From: Monocercomonoides exilis PA203
Lineage: Eukaryota > Protista > Preaxostyla
Direction of reading: 5' to 3'
NCBI GenBank assembly: GCA_001643675.2
Contig: LSRY02000007.1
Span: forward strand, 310,001 to 374,000
Length of the DNA: 64,000 nt
Under the pieces are notes generated by a model. It had not been told where the DNA came from. It searched no databases and saw only the letters and a list, made by a program, of their open reading frames with translations. Of this stretch, positions 11,930 to 23,859 are shown piece after piece. A program made the position numbers and the translations under genes. Positions within the stretch are counted from its first letter, which is position 1, and each line of letters opens with the position of its first letter.

Positions 11930-12516
11930 ATGTCGAAACCAAGCTGGTACGAGGATATAGAGGAACGATTGACTGTTCGAAATTATTTGCAGGCCGAGTT
12001 TATGGGTGAGCTTGCGGATTCCGGTTTGAATATCTTATATTTTTGCATATGTGATAAATTAAATATATAAAAGATTCTGCAACTGAAAATGCGTGGAAAT
12101 ATGCCGAAATGATCAAAAAATTGGAAAGGTTAGAGGAAGCATATGATGTTGCAGAAAGAGAACGGAGATCTTTAGCAGCTCGTGTAGATCTTTTGGAAAA
12201 TGGACCGTTTGATATTATAGATTTTGATTTATTTTCACTTTTTTTGAAGTGATAATATTTATGATGCTCGCAAAGAAAGGGATGAATATAAAGAAAAAAT
12301 ATCTCATCTTGAGAAAGAACTCGGAACGGCAACAACAAAGCATTACATTGCACAGACATCTTTGAACAAACTCAAAGCTGATTATGATGCACTTCTGCTA
12401 CAGTTTGTTAATAGTGTTGTTATTTTTTTTTTAATTCCTATTCCTCCAATTCTGTTTTTTTTAATTTTTTCAGATTCAATTTGCCCCAATTAACTTCAAA
12501 ATCCTCCTTAACTTGA
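11930..12516 (+). CDS. Small ATG16-like protein (ATG5-interacting motif plus coiled coil), 4 exons, 134 aa
   Basis: Exons 11930-12005, 12074-12206, 12250-12402, 12474-12516 splice in frame to MSKPSWYEDIEERLTVRNYLQAEF...coiled coil...SSLT*. The W-x3-I-x3-L-x2-R-x3-Q spacing matches the ATG16L1 N-terminal helix. Not in the ORF track. Confidence 0.6.
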
Positions 12517-13594
12517 TAAATTATTCAATAATTCCATGTTGCTCTTTCATTTTTCAATTTAGCATTTTTTAATGAAATTTATTGCGTGTTGTGAAATCAA
12601 CTTATTCAATAAATATCATAAGTTACCGTTTACGGAAGCTCAGACCAAGTTTTACTGAATGTTTGTTTACAGTTTTTTGAGAGATCTGATTTTGTTTATC
12701 AATTCGTTTTTTGATCAATTTTTTTTTTCAAAGTTGCGCATTATGATTTTTTTTATTTTTTTTATTTTCAATTTTTGAGTTTTCGTTGGAATCAATGTTC
12801 TTTTTTGTTTAGGTTTTTTGTTGTTGTTGTTTTGTTTGTCTCTTTCTATCTGTCTGTCTGTCTGATTGATTGAAAAATCTACATGAATTAATCTGTGAAA
12901 AGACAATTTTCAATGGAAAATAAATTGTTTCATAAAGGCAATTATTTGAATGACAATTTTCTAGAAAACCACAATTCAAGTCGTGTGAATAAAAAACTTG
13001 TTTTTGAATTATAATTCAAAATTTTTTGTGAGCTCAAGTCAAAGAAATATAAAATACAAATTAAATTCACGAATTATCAAAAATTCATTTGAGTGTTTAA
13101 TTATTTCTAAACGAACTTTCATCACTTTTGTAATCAAAATTTTTGTTGTAATTTTTATTTTTTGTTTAGTTTTATTTGTTTGAAATTATTTGTTTGAAAA
13201 TATTTAATTGCAAGCTTTTATTTTTGATTATTCAGTGTGATTGATAAACACAAACATTTTCATAAACCCGGTTATTTTTTTTGTTCGTTGAAACAGAATA
13301 AATTCAACATTTAAATACAAAAAACAAACTTTAATATGTTTATTTTACAATTTTATGATAGTACAAGTATTTTTTGTTTTAATTTTTGTTTTTGATGAAG
13401 ATCAAAGGAATTTCTAATTTATCTTCGATCATTTGTTTTGCTTATTTTTAACCAACTCTCTTTCTTTGTTTATTTTCAATTATAAGTTCAAGAAACATAT
13501 CTAATGTTGTTTTTGTATTCGAAATGTTTCATGTTTTTATCTTTTTTACTGTTGTTTATTTCATTTCATCATTTTTAGAAAAAAAATATGAATA

Positions 13595-16108
13595 CAATGA
13601 GTAAAAAATCCGGGACATGGAAAAAAACCCGGACTTTAAAAAAAAAAAAAAAAAAAAAGAACTATTAACTTCCATTAAAACATTAGCTTGTTCAAACAAA
13701 ATATAGACCAATGAAACATTTGAAGTTGGAAGGTTTAAACTATTCAAAATATACAATATATTTCTTCTCTACAAGTGTTGTTCACTTGATAGAATGATTG
13801 GATAATAGTCTTTTTTTATTGTTGAAAATTCAAGATAAAATTTAGCAAATATATAGAAAAAAAATTATCATTCCATCACTTGAACTGCCTTTTGTTTGTT
13901 TGATTGAATAGCCTTTCAAACAATATTTTTTCCATTTTGATCATATTGATCATTCCCTTTTTTGAAATGGAAAAGAAATCAATTTCTTCGGAAGAGCTTC
14001 TTCGGATTGCTGCTCCAAGAGAATACCGCACAATCCATTCCAGATCGAGGAAAATTTTTGAAATCAAGAAAATATATCTATTGACAGTGAACGTTGCAGT
14101 CAAAGCAAAAGCAATAAAAAGGCAGGCTTGGTGCAGAGGCAAAACAGCTGAAAAGAAAAACAGAGATGTTGGAAAAGAAGGAAGACCATCTTTAATAAAT
14201 TTTGAAAAACTGGAAAAAATAGAGAATCAGGTTTTGTCTTTGTTATCAGAAGGAGTTGTAGTTCGAATGAAGCACATACAGGAAATGGTTATCGTTTTGA
14301 TTATATGAAAATTTTTTAATCTTTGTTTTTTTAGGCAATTAACATTTTTAATACGGAATCAACAAATGAAGAAGAAAACGAAAAACTCCATCCGATATTA
14401 TCTCATTATTTAGTTCAAAGAAGCTCCATATTAAAGGAATCACTGGCAAGACTACTTGAAATTGACAAAATTCGGTCACAGAGCCCTGAAAGTGTGACTA
14501 ATTGGTTTGAAGAAGTGAAAGAAATCGTAGAAGGAAACAATATCGAAGTTTCTTATATTTTTGATTTCGATGAATCTTTTGTTAAAATCGGAGAAAGTTC
14601 TGCGAAGTTGTTCACCTGTTTGAAGTACCACATCCCTTCTTCTCCTCCTGAGCCTCGAAAATCTTCAAACGCGACTTTATGAATTTGCATGTGCTCCGAT
14701 GGTTCTCATCTTCCTCATTTATTGCATTTTTCAAAAAAGAAAATACCAGAAGAATTTTCTAATTTAAAATTTTTTGATGTTAACAATATTCCTGTACCTT
14801 CAGGATGGATAACCACTGAAATTTATGAAATCATCATGCTTCAAAATTGGATTACTCTCATTCATAAAAAAAAACCAATCGACATCTTCGAAAAAGGCTC
14901 TCCATCTTCTTGATTACCATACGAACCATACATGCTCAGATGTCATTCGTGAAGCAGAAAAAAGTGGAATCTTCATTAAAAAATTCCCTCCAAACATGAC
15001 ACATATCCAACAACCATGCGATAACGTAATTTTCTCCAGATTGAAAAGAACATTATTCAATAATTTCAATGTTCCAATCGATGATTCATCTTCTTCATAT
15101 GGAAAGGCACTTGCTGAGGTCTTCCCAGAGGCAATCGCTGCAGCGACAGCTCCATCGGTTATCAAAACTGCTTTTCTGAATACAGGAATCTGGACACTAT
15201 TAGCTTCTCAAGTTCCATCAAAAATAAGTGGATCACCGTCAAAATCTTCTTCCATAACTTCTTCAGATGAAGCAAAAAAGGAACTATTTGATTCTTTTAC
15301 ACTAAAACGGAAAATAAAAACATCAAGAAAGTATGAAATGGATATTATAAACGATGAAAAACATAGCATTGATGGATGCACACAAATAGAAGATAATTAA
15401 TTCAATGACGAAGATCACCACACAAATTCTGACAGTAGAAATTCTACCAAAAGAATCATCAGAACAAGAAAGAAAAAAATTGACAGCAACTTTACATATG
15501 AAGATGACGAAGATTACGAAAAAGATGAATGGAAAAGAAAGCAAAAGGAAAGCGCAGAAGAGGCGACTCAACCTGAAAGCAAAAAATTTTTAATACAGCA
15601 TGATGATAACGAATAGATGGAAATATTAATAAGTATATTTCATAATTCTTTTTGTTGAAAATCACATCCAATTTTTTGCCCAACTTTTTTGTATATAAAG
15701 CTGGAATTTAATTGTTTGTCTTGTATTGAATGTTTGATGTAATAATTTCTTTTATTCTTTATCACTGAATTCAGAAAAGACAAAGGATGGAAAAAACTGA
15801 GCATCTGATTGGAAGAAACTTCTGTTGCGTCTGTATCAACTTTCATTTTTTCAAAAAAAATATCACATCAACAATTTTGACAATTTGAGTAATACCATTA
15901 CACATTAACGTCTATGAATTCGTTGAAAAAATACAAAAATTGTTTTTTAATACAATTCTCAATTCTAAAAAATCTCCAAATGTTCATTAATTTCTGAATA
16001 AAACATAAAACATATCGGTCAATTGAACATATTTGAATGAAACAAAATGCAGTTGCAATATTCAAACAGTCTGAGTTTTTTACCATGTCCCGGGTTTTTA
16101 ACTCATAG
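13595..16108 (+). mobile_element. pogo/Fot-like (Tc1-mariner superfamily) DNA transposon, decayed
   Basis: 41-bp TIRs at 13595-13635 and 16068-16108 (35/41 identical), flanked by TA at 13593-13594 and 16109-16110. Contains an internal DDE_1-type transposase. Confidence 0.9.
13967..15616 (+). pseudogene. DD35D transposase pseudogene with one spliceosomal intron
   Basis: Catalytic motifs IFDFDES, LHLLDYHTNH and PPNMTHIQQPCD (35 aa between D2 and D3), plus SGWIT. Intron 14288-14334 (GT..AG) joins the two halves in frame. Disabled by TGA 14680, a frameshift in the A-run near 14870 and TAA 15398. Confidence 0.85.
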
Positions 16109-16236
16109 TAAATGAATATTTTTGAATAAACATTGGTGACAAAATTTATAATTGTAAAACTTCAAAAAAAATTTTCTGTTTGAAATTGTCATTTTTTGTT
16201 TTCTTTTATATACGCCAAATTGTTGTATCTCCTTTC

Positions 16237-16582
16237 TGCACAATCCCAATAGGTGGACATAACCATAAATAGTAATTTTTTCGGCAATTATTTTCTTAAA
16301 AAAACCCCTAAAAATCAAAATAAGCCAAATGAAACAGCTTTATATTAACATGAACAAATATTCTTGTTCTTAAATTGCACTTTTATCAACTCAAACTCCA
16401 AGATATTTTCATTATAAAGATCACTTAATTGAAAAGCATCAAAAAATACTTAACAAAATAATTATAAGAGCTACATGCAACATGTAAAGCAGTTTATAAA
16501 CAAATTATTAATACATCATTTTTTTGATTTTCATAGAAAAATATATTTATTGAGGGTTCTGTCCACCTATTGGGAAAGAACC
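16237..16582. mobile_element. Non-autonomous MITE with 8-bp TSD
   Basis: Inverted repeat 16244-16264 / 16555-16575 (20/21 identical), each copy 7 nt inside a direct repeat CTCCTTTC at 16229-16236 and 16583-16590. AT-rich non-coding interior. Confidence 0.75.
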
Positions 16583-17175
16583 CTCCTTTCAATGTGAGTT
16601 TTTCATGAATTTAATTACAAATTTCTTTTTTTTATCTATTATCATGATTATTTGCTTTTTATTATAAATAAATCAACAAAGAAACATTTCCTTTGAAGAA
16701 AAGACACACCGAATAAGTTATGATTTCATAAGCACTCGCCCATGTTTGAAATGCAAAACAATATGATACATGCAATGGAAATTGTTTAACAATTCATCGG
16801 TATTCTTAATTATTTGTCAATAATATTAAATTCAAACAAAACTGAGCTTATTTGTCACTTTCAAAAAAAAGATGCGTGCTTTTAAAGCAACAACATTTCT
16901 CAAAGTTTCAACAGGCGCAATCTTAACATTTTCATTTTTAATTAATTGTGGATTTCCATAAAAATTGAATAAAGATTTGGTTAAATTAAATTTTAAAAAT
17001 TTTCTAATTTTTTGTCAAAAATGATAAAATGCAAAAAGCACATGAAAATTTTTGAAAAAATGAAAAACATTTAGATTTTTAAAAGGTCAATATGTATGTT
17101 TCATGTCATTGCACCTAAAAACTGACAGAAAAAGAGAGTTAGTTAAAAAGGTGTAAAACAAATAATCAAAAATAA

Positions 17176-17275
17176 ATTAGTTCGCAATGGAGCGAATCAA
17201 CAAACGCAAGGAGCAGGTTTGCTCCTCGATAATGAGTATTAATAAAATTTATGGGTGGTTTTAGATCAAACTTCG
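17176..17275 (+). repeat. DIRS left inverted terminal repeat
   Basis: 17214-17275 is the imperfect reverse complement of 23119-23181. 17176-17237 is complementary to 22447-22508. Contains the hairpin AGGAGCA-GGTT-TGCTCCT. Confidence 0.9.
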
Positions 17276-17317
17276 CCTACAATTTAACTTCTCTTCATAC
17301 CATTGTCCGCAATTTAA

Positions 17318-18670
17318 ATGACGCAAGATACTGCTTGAGTACCAAATAGCGACGGCGAAGACAGAAGAAATGATTTGATTTACAGGCTTTCAAGGGTAGA
17401 AGATATGATTGAAGAAATTACAAGAAGCCAAACACCAGCAATGCAGTCGGGAGCTATGGAGTTGCTGCCAACGAGGAAAGTGAAGAGGGAACGAGCTAGG
17501 AGAAGAAGCAGATCGAGATCGAGCGAGTCGGAGTCGGATGTTAACTTCTGTGATCTGATCGCGAAGCGGAAACAAGGAAAGCGGGAGAGATTGCGTCGTT
17601 TAGTTAGCCGCACGAGGAGACGGGAATATGAAGAGGATAGCGACTGGGATTCTGAACAGCTGGGAGCGCTGGAAGAGAAAGAAGGAACAGAAGATTTTAC
17701 AAGATTTTTTCCCAGGGAGTGGTTGACACCCCGGAGGCAAGCGAGCGAGTTGAGGAAATTCATGGAGTTCCGTAAGGTCTGATCAATCAGAATAAATAAG
17801 GACATCTTAAACACATTTATTCCAGTTAGCGAAAAGGGTATATTTTTCGGACAAACAGACTTTGGTTTGAACGCGCTGGCAGGCACAGCCATAACAGCGA
17901 AGTGTAGAAGAGACTCACCAGAAGCGAGCTAAGAAATTGAACTCCTCCTGCCGGACCTGGATTTGGGCTTTGAAGCAGCAAAAGCAATTGCATCACATTC
18001 AGTGAAGGAATTGGAGAAGGCGCACCTCACGGAAGAGGAGAAGGAACGACCGAGAGGATTGTTTTGCGCCCATGCGTTGATCACCGACTGTGTCAGTCGT
18101 ATAAACCTTTTGAAGGTTGAACCCCAGGCGAACTGGGTGAGCGCGAAAGGGTTTCTCGAAGTTGGACTGACCAAGGACGTGCCAGAGAATCTGAGAAAGT
18201 TAGTTGAGAGCTCCAGTTTTTTTTAAACAGAGGGAAATGCAACAGGATACTGTGCATCTCCCGATTCCTCAGCAGTGTTCAGACTCATCTCGACCAGGAG
18301 TGTGTTCCTAATAAGGAACAGTACGGGCAGGAATTCCCAGGGCTTTGCATACAGACAGCTCCAAAAACGTGGCTTCGATGGGAGTTTCACAGATTTCAGT
18401 GGAAAGAAGAGAACGCGCCAGTTTCAGGCACAGTTTGTTCCAACCATCACAGGAAGGCCAGACCTTATCACTGGACCATTTCCCCCAGCTCCCTCAAGGA
18501 TACCAGAGGGACAGCTGTGTAATCAACAATCGGAGCCAACAAGAAGTTGTGAGAGTGGAGAGAGAAGAGAGAGACATGCTTTGCTGCGAGACAAAGATAA
18601 ACAGAAGATTAACGAGTTTCGAAGAACCAGCGATTCGACAAGAAGAATCTCACAATCGAGAGATGGATAA
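17318..18670 (+). pseudogene. DIRS ORF1 (gag-like), interrupted by stops
   Basis: ATG 17318 is in the same frame as ORF pieces 17375-17782, 17963-18226 and 18275-18670. Position upstream of RT, basic/RS-rich composition. Confidence 0.55.
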
Positions 18671-19039
18671 AAAAATAAAGTCCGCGTGATATCTTGAGAA
18701 TATCGGAAATGCGATTGCCACACTAGATCGCGAGAAGACAATAGGATAAGAAACCTCGGAAGATCGCGATATAAAAATTCGGAAAGAGAGAACAGAAGAA
18801 TACTCCGTATATCTCCACAAGACAGGACAAAAGAGCGATCGAAGATTCGAGAAGGAAGAAATGAAGGGAGCCTTGAGAGCATCTGGGACTTTTACCGGGT
18901 TCCCAGTTGGGAGCGCCCTGGAGGTGAGCTCGAAGACAGCTATTGCAGAAACTCTCAAAGGGGAAGAGGATACACAGATGCAGCCTGGCAACAAGAAGCT
19001 AGGAGTGAACAGGAGTACAGCGAGTGGATCACTGAAGGA

Positions 19040-20815
19040 GCCATTTCCGAGGAGACTGGTGAACAGGCTGAGCTAGTGGAAGAAAATTGGGGGAGACAAG
19101 TTAGTGAGCCGTGAAATAAGAGCTCGATGGAAAAGTTCCCAGTCCCTAATTTCACTCGAGAAGAGAAGAAACAGACAAGAGTTTTGGTTAACAACAGAGA
19201 TGATGAACAATTATTTATCCCTCTTGGAGGAGGAATTGAAGGACGGAGGAGTGAAGCCCATACTGGAGTCGGAGGTGAAGTGGCTCAACCCGACATTCAT
19301 GGTGATAAAGTAAGACGGTAATTGGAGAAAGATACTTGATTGCAGGACGCGAAACGAAGAAGGATTGGGAAAACACTTCAAGATGGATTCCCAGGAGATA
19401 GTGGTGGAACTCCTGGAGGAGAACGATTGGATGACCACTCTGGACATATCGAGTGCTTATCAACATGTCAAAGTGGACGAGCAATTCAGTCCCTATCTGT
19501 GCTTCAGCTTTCAAAGTCAATGCTACGCTTACGTTGGGATGCCCTTTGGAGCAAAAGACGCGCCCAGAGTTTTTACGAAGATAATGAGACGGGCGGAGTC
19601 ATATATCAGGAAACAGTGGAAGGAAAAGCTTGTAATATATCTGGACTACATTCTCCTCATGCACCTAGACAGTGATGTGTTAAGATTGATCTCACAGAAG
19701 ATAGCCCAGTTCCTGAGGAATCTGGGCTGGATACTGTCGGAGGAAAAACTGAAGTTGGAACCCGCAAGGAGCGTGGAGTTTCTGGGATGGTTGTGGAACT
19801 CAGAGGAGATGGAAGTAACGCTCCAAGAAAGGAAGAGAGTGCTGCTCCTGGAGGATGTGCGAACCTGGATAATACTGGCAAAGAAGAGAAAGAGACAGAA
19901 GATGAGAGACCTGGCAGCACTCCTCGGGAGGCTGAATTTTGTGAGGTTACAACACCCACCAGCGAGCTTGTGGATGAAACGCATGCAACATGTGCTGAGG
20001 CAGGCGATAGGCCGCGGTGGCTGGAAGGGAACTGTGATAGCCAACGCAATGATTCTGGGAGAATGATCACACTGGAGAAAGAAACAACAAGAAAACAGGC
20101 CAAGGAGTCTGAAGAGAAGGAACAGACCGGCGGTACTAACGACGGACGCTTCAGAGCTAGGATGGGGTGCAGTATTAACAATACTGAGGGAGAACGATGA
20201 GGAGAAGATATATGTCCACGGGAATTGGACCCTCCAGGAGAGTGCGTTAGCGATAAACGAAAAGGAGTCCAGAGCAGTGTTGAGGACACCAGAAAGAAAG
20301 GGAGCATGGCTGGAACAACAAAAGATAGACCATATTCGTCTGAGGACAGACAACATGTCCACGAGATGGACAATACAGAAGAAGAGGGGAGCGCCATCGC
20401 TCATTCCAACACTGAGAGCATTGGAGAAGAAACTGAACAGCCAGGGCATAACAATATAGACGGAACATCTCCCTGTAGAACAGAACACGGAAGCAGATGC
20501 ACTCAGCCGGATGGCGAAAAAGCCGGATTATGCACTGAAGGGTAAGAAAGTCGCAGAGATAGTACAAACAATCGCACCGAGAATACCAGATACAATTTTA
20601 GAACAGATTGCGCTGGTGCCCTGCGGAAGTACTTGAGACTATCCTCTCTGAGAAGGAGGAGAGAGAGAGAAACACTAGAAGACGACATAGTGCTAGTCCA
20701 TCCGTTCCTGAGAAATATTGGACGGGTGTTAAAAGTGAAGATGAAGGAAGCCCAGAGGGAACTAACGATTCTGATTCTGCCAGCCTGGCAGGGGCAGACC
20801 TGGACCCCGTGACTG
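19040..20815 (+). pseudogene. DIRS reverse transcriptase, RNase H and methyltransferase-like remnant
   Basis: RT: WRKILDCR, HFKMD, TLDISSAYQHV, MPFGAKDAPRVFTK, YLDY (decayed YLDD), EFLG. RNase H: TDASELGWGAV, INEKE, RTDN, NTEADALSR. MT-like segment near 20670-20815: VLVHPFLRNIGRVL...ILILPAWQGQTW. In-frame stops present. Confidence 0.9.
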
Positions 20816-20899
20816 CAGCCTGGGCATACAACAAAGACCCTGGGGACCTTTCAGGAGTGCATGACACTAGGAGCGAAGATGAGAAGGGAAGGCTGGATG

Positions 20900-21975
20900 T
20901 TACCCCTAGGAGAGGTGATATGCGTCACACTGGAGAGGAAAATATCCCAGGAAGGGATTTCTTCCTCACATGGGGAGAATACGTTGGAGCAAGAGATATA
21001 GCAGCAGCAATACTAAGAAACCAAAAGGGCGAAAGAGACACATGGAGATCGCTGCGAAGATTTAAGCAATTTCTTGATAGAGAGAGCATGGATGATACTG
21101 ACCCCCTCACGACTAAAGATGCCAAATGGATCATGGCAGAGTTAGCCGAAAAGCTTTCAAATACTAACCTGTCTGGTAAAGTGATTTATCAGACGGTAAG
21201 AAAAGAACTCAATTTTATTAATTTTTTTGTGAGACGAAAATTGATGTGAAGGATATTGATATATTTTAAAACTTACGTGGGAGAGAAGCCGAGAAAGGGA
21301 AAGTGATACAAATCAATGTGGGACTTAACAATCATCACGAAATGAGCTGAAAGCACCTTCAACGTAAAAGATATACGGACACTCCAGAGGAGAGCCCTCA
21401 TCTTCACTATGATTTTCGGTGCTTAAAGTCCAGCAGAGCTGGAGAGAATGAGAAGCGATACAACTTTATTTACGGACGAGTTTGTCCAGACACAAGTGCA
21501 AACACAAATATCAGGGGGAGAGGCTGTTAAGGTTGTCATAAATATACATCCAAACCCACGAATAGATGCTATTGCAGTGCTCCAACGTTGGATGGACTAT
21601 ACTAAGACGACTTTTAAAGATGAACATGCGTTGTACGATATAGAAGGGAATAGAGCCGCCAACCTTCAGAAGATTAAAGAAGAACTAACGGCTATTTTGA
21701 GAGAGAACGAAACACCTGAAACTTTCACTGCGTGCTCTATAAGACACGCAGTGATTACACATTTAGCAAGACAAGAAAAAGCAGACTGGAAGGTGATCAA
21801 TGCAAATGCGAGATGTGCGCCGGGTTCGAGAGTGGCTCAGGAGTATTACACCGTGCTACCAGTTCAAGACACGAGATGGATCCTGGAGACAATCGGTGGA
21901 TCAGTACTCCAGAGGGGAGAAGATTCAAGTCAGATAAGAGTGGAGATACGAAGGAAGGGATGCTGGAGAAAGTAG
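20900..21975 (+). pseudogene. DIRS tyrosine recombinase, decayed
   Basis: SMWDL, MIFGA*SPAEL (first Arg box damaged), FTACSIRHAVITHL, ARCAPGSRVAQEYY (catalytic Tyr region). Confidence 0.8.
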
Positions 21976-22446
21976 ATGCAGAGATGAAATATCACACCGA
22001 TGAATTACCCTAATCGGGATCTGAAGAAGGGAAGAAACTTACGAGAAAGCGATCAAGAGGAAGAAAGAAGCTGCCGAATGGAGAAGTGAGAAGAGGTGAA
22101 ATGGCTCAGTCACGAAACTCAGCATCCCGACAACCGAGTCGCCAGAAGACACCCTCCATAATCCCCAAAAGCATTTGTGAGCTGACTGGAGTGAGGGACG
22201 CAATTCCGCTGAAGAGGAGGGGAAAAGATCGGAAGAGGCGTAGCGGAAGAAGTTTTGGACAGATAGGTAATGACACTGAAGAGGCAAGGGCCAAATCTAT
22301 GTCGCCTCAAAGATATCCCAAGAGGGAGCGGCTTTAGAGCAGGAGGTCCGCACCACTGCACGCACGCTCTCAACTCATCCGCCGCACTCGAGCGTGTTAG
22401 AAAAGGGGTTTTAGATCACACATACAGAGATAAAAGGGGTTTAGAG

Positions 22447-22543
22447 ACTCATTATCGAGGAGCAAACCTGCTCCTTGCGTTTGTTGATTCGCTCTATTGC
22501 GAATTAATAAAAACGCAGTGAGACAGGTTTGCTCCGAGATAAT
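22447..22543. repeat. DIRS internal complementary region (ICR)
   Basis: 22447-22508 is the reverse complement of the left end. The abutting 22509-22543 is the reverse complement of the right end (23162-23196). Confidence 0.92.
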
Positions 22544-23118
22544 AAGAATGCGGATGGAGAGACGATAGGCGGAGTGGTGCGAGGTGGAGCCAGAAGTGTG
22601 GAGGGAGATGGCTAGAAAAAAGGGCGAGATATTGAAAGAGAGAAAAGGAGATCAAACGCCCGAAGTGATTAGTGTACGCCGAGAGCCTGGAAAGATACAA
22701 ATAGAACGAACAAACAAGTTTAATCAAAAAGCTTTCTCCTCAACATGATTACGATAGTGTTTAACACAGAAGAGTCAGGTCGGTCCATACAGTGCACGAT
22801 GATAGGGTTTGCTCTGCTGGATCAACATAAGAGCGGGAGGCAAAGCATATCACACGCAGTTTTCTTTTCCACGCCTCGCGAAAGCGAGAGTGATTTTTCT
22901 TTCTGCTCCAAGAATACTCGCCTCACCGGATCCCTGCACGGCCTGCAGGTGAGAGCTCCGAGGGGCAATGTCCCCTGCCCTCTGGTCTTCGTGACCAAGG
23001 CGAAAAGGTGCAGTCGGTGGTGAAGTGAAGCGGACAATGCATTATTTTATTTCTTAATTTTAATGTTATTGTTTTGTATTTTTATCTCGCCCTTTTTTCC
23101 ACGTTATTTGGGATAGAA

Positions 23119-23198
23119 CGAAGTTTTTCACTCAAACCACCCATAAATTATATTAATACTCATTATCTCGGAGCAAACCTGTCTCACTGCGTTTTTAT
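23119..23198 (-). repeat. DIRS right inverted terminal repeat plus right extension
   Basis: Inverted copy of the left ITR, followed by TCTCACTGCGTTTTTAT, which is matched only by the ICR. Confidence 0.9.
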
Positions 23199-23859
23199 AA
23201 AAAAATTTTTTGAGATTTTCATCAAAAATAAAAATTGAAACAAAAAATTTTTTGTTTGAACGCAAAATTGGACAATAATCCTGGCTCAATTTGCTTTTTC
23301 TGGACTTTAAAAACAACCCTGGATCATTTTTCAAAAAATGGGATTATTCGCAATTTTGACACAAGAAAGGAGATCAGAACCGAGTTTAACTGAAATTGAT
23401 ATTTTGCATTTGTCACGGAAATGATAACTCAAAACTTCTTTTAATCAATATATTTTTTCACCACAATTTTCATCAAACTTGCCAATTCTTTTCTCATCAA
23501 GAAAGACACTTTTTGTTCATTTTTTATAAAAAAACTTTAATATAATTTTTCTACAAAAAAAATCATTTCGAACTCCATATTTTTTGTTTTCAATTCATTG
23601 AAACGCGTTCAAAACGAAAAACACAACACGAGCAATAATTTAATAGAAATCGATGAGTTCGCATTCTCATCCACAAAAAAACAATTCAGTGAACAAGAAA
23701 TTGCATCAAAAAGCCAATTGAAGTCGTAGCAAGCACGCCACAAACAGAAAACACCAAATGATGCATTTTTGGATCATAAAAATACTCAATTAATTCACAG
23801 AATAACGAAAAAACCAATCCCTCTCTCTTTCATTTTCAAATTTCTCCTTCTCTTCTTCT

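Larger units (their letters stand above)
17176..23198 (+). mobile_element. DIRS1-type tyrosine-recombinase retrotransposon, full-length but decayed
   Basis: gag-like, RT, RNase H, MT-like and YR coding remnants, inverted terminal repeats, and an internal complementary region matching both outer ends. Confidence 0.93.

Noticed and set aside
18216-18230. T-run slippery site before the TAA in DIRS ORF1
   Set aside because: A -1 shift does not enter the RT frame in this copy, and ORF1 continues in frame after the stop. It cannot be supported without intact copies.
14680-21430. In-frame TAA/TAG/TGA in transposon ORFs as a sign of a reassigned genetic code
   Set aside because: Host genes terminate at all three stops, and the stops replace varied residues (K, L, E and others) alongside frameshifts, which indicates decay.
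22260-22310. Hammerhead-like CTGAAGA-GGC-AAGG-GCC-AAA
   Set aside because: Lacks the essential G of GAAA and has no viable stem I.
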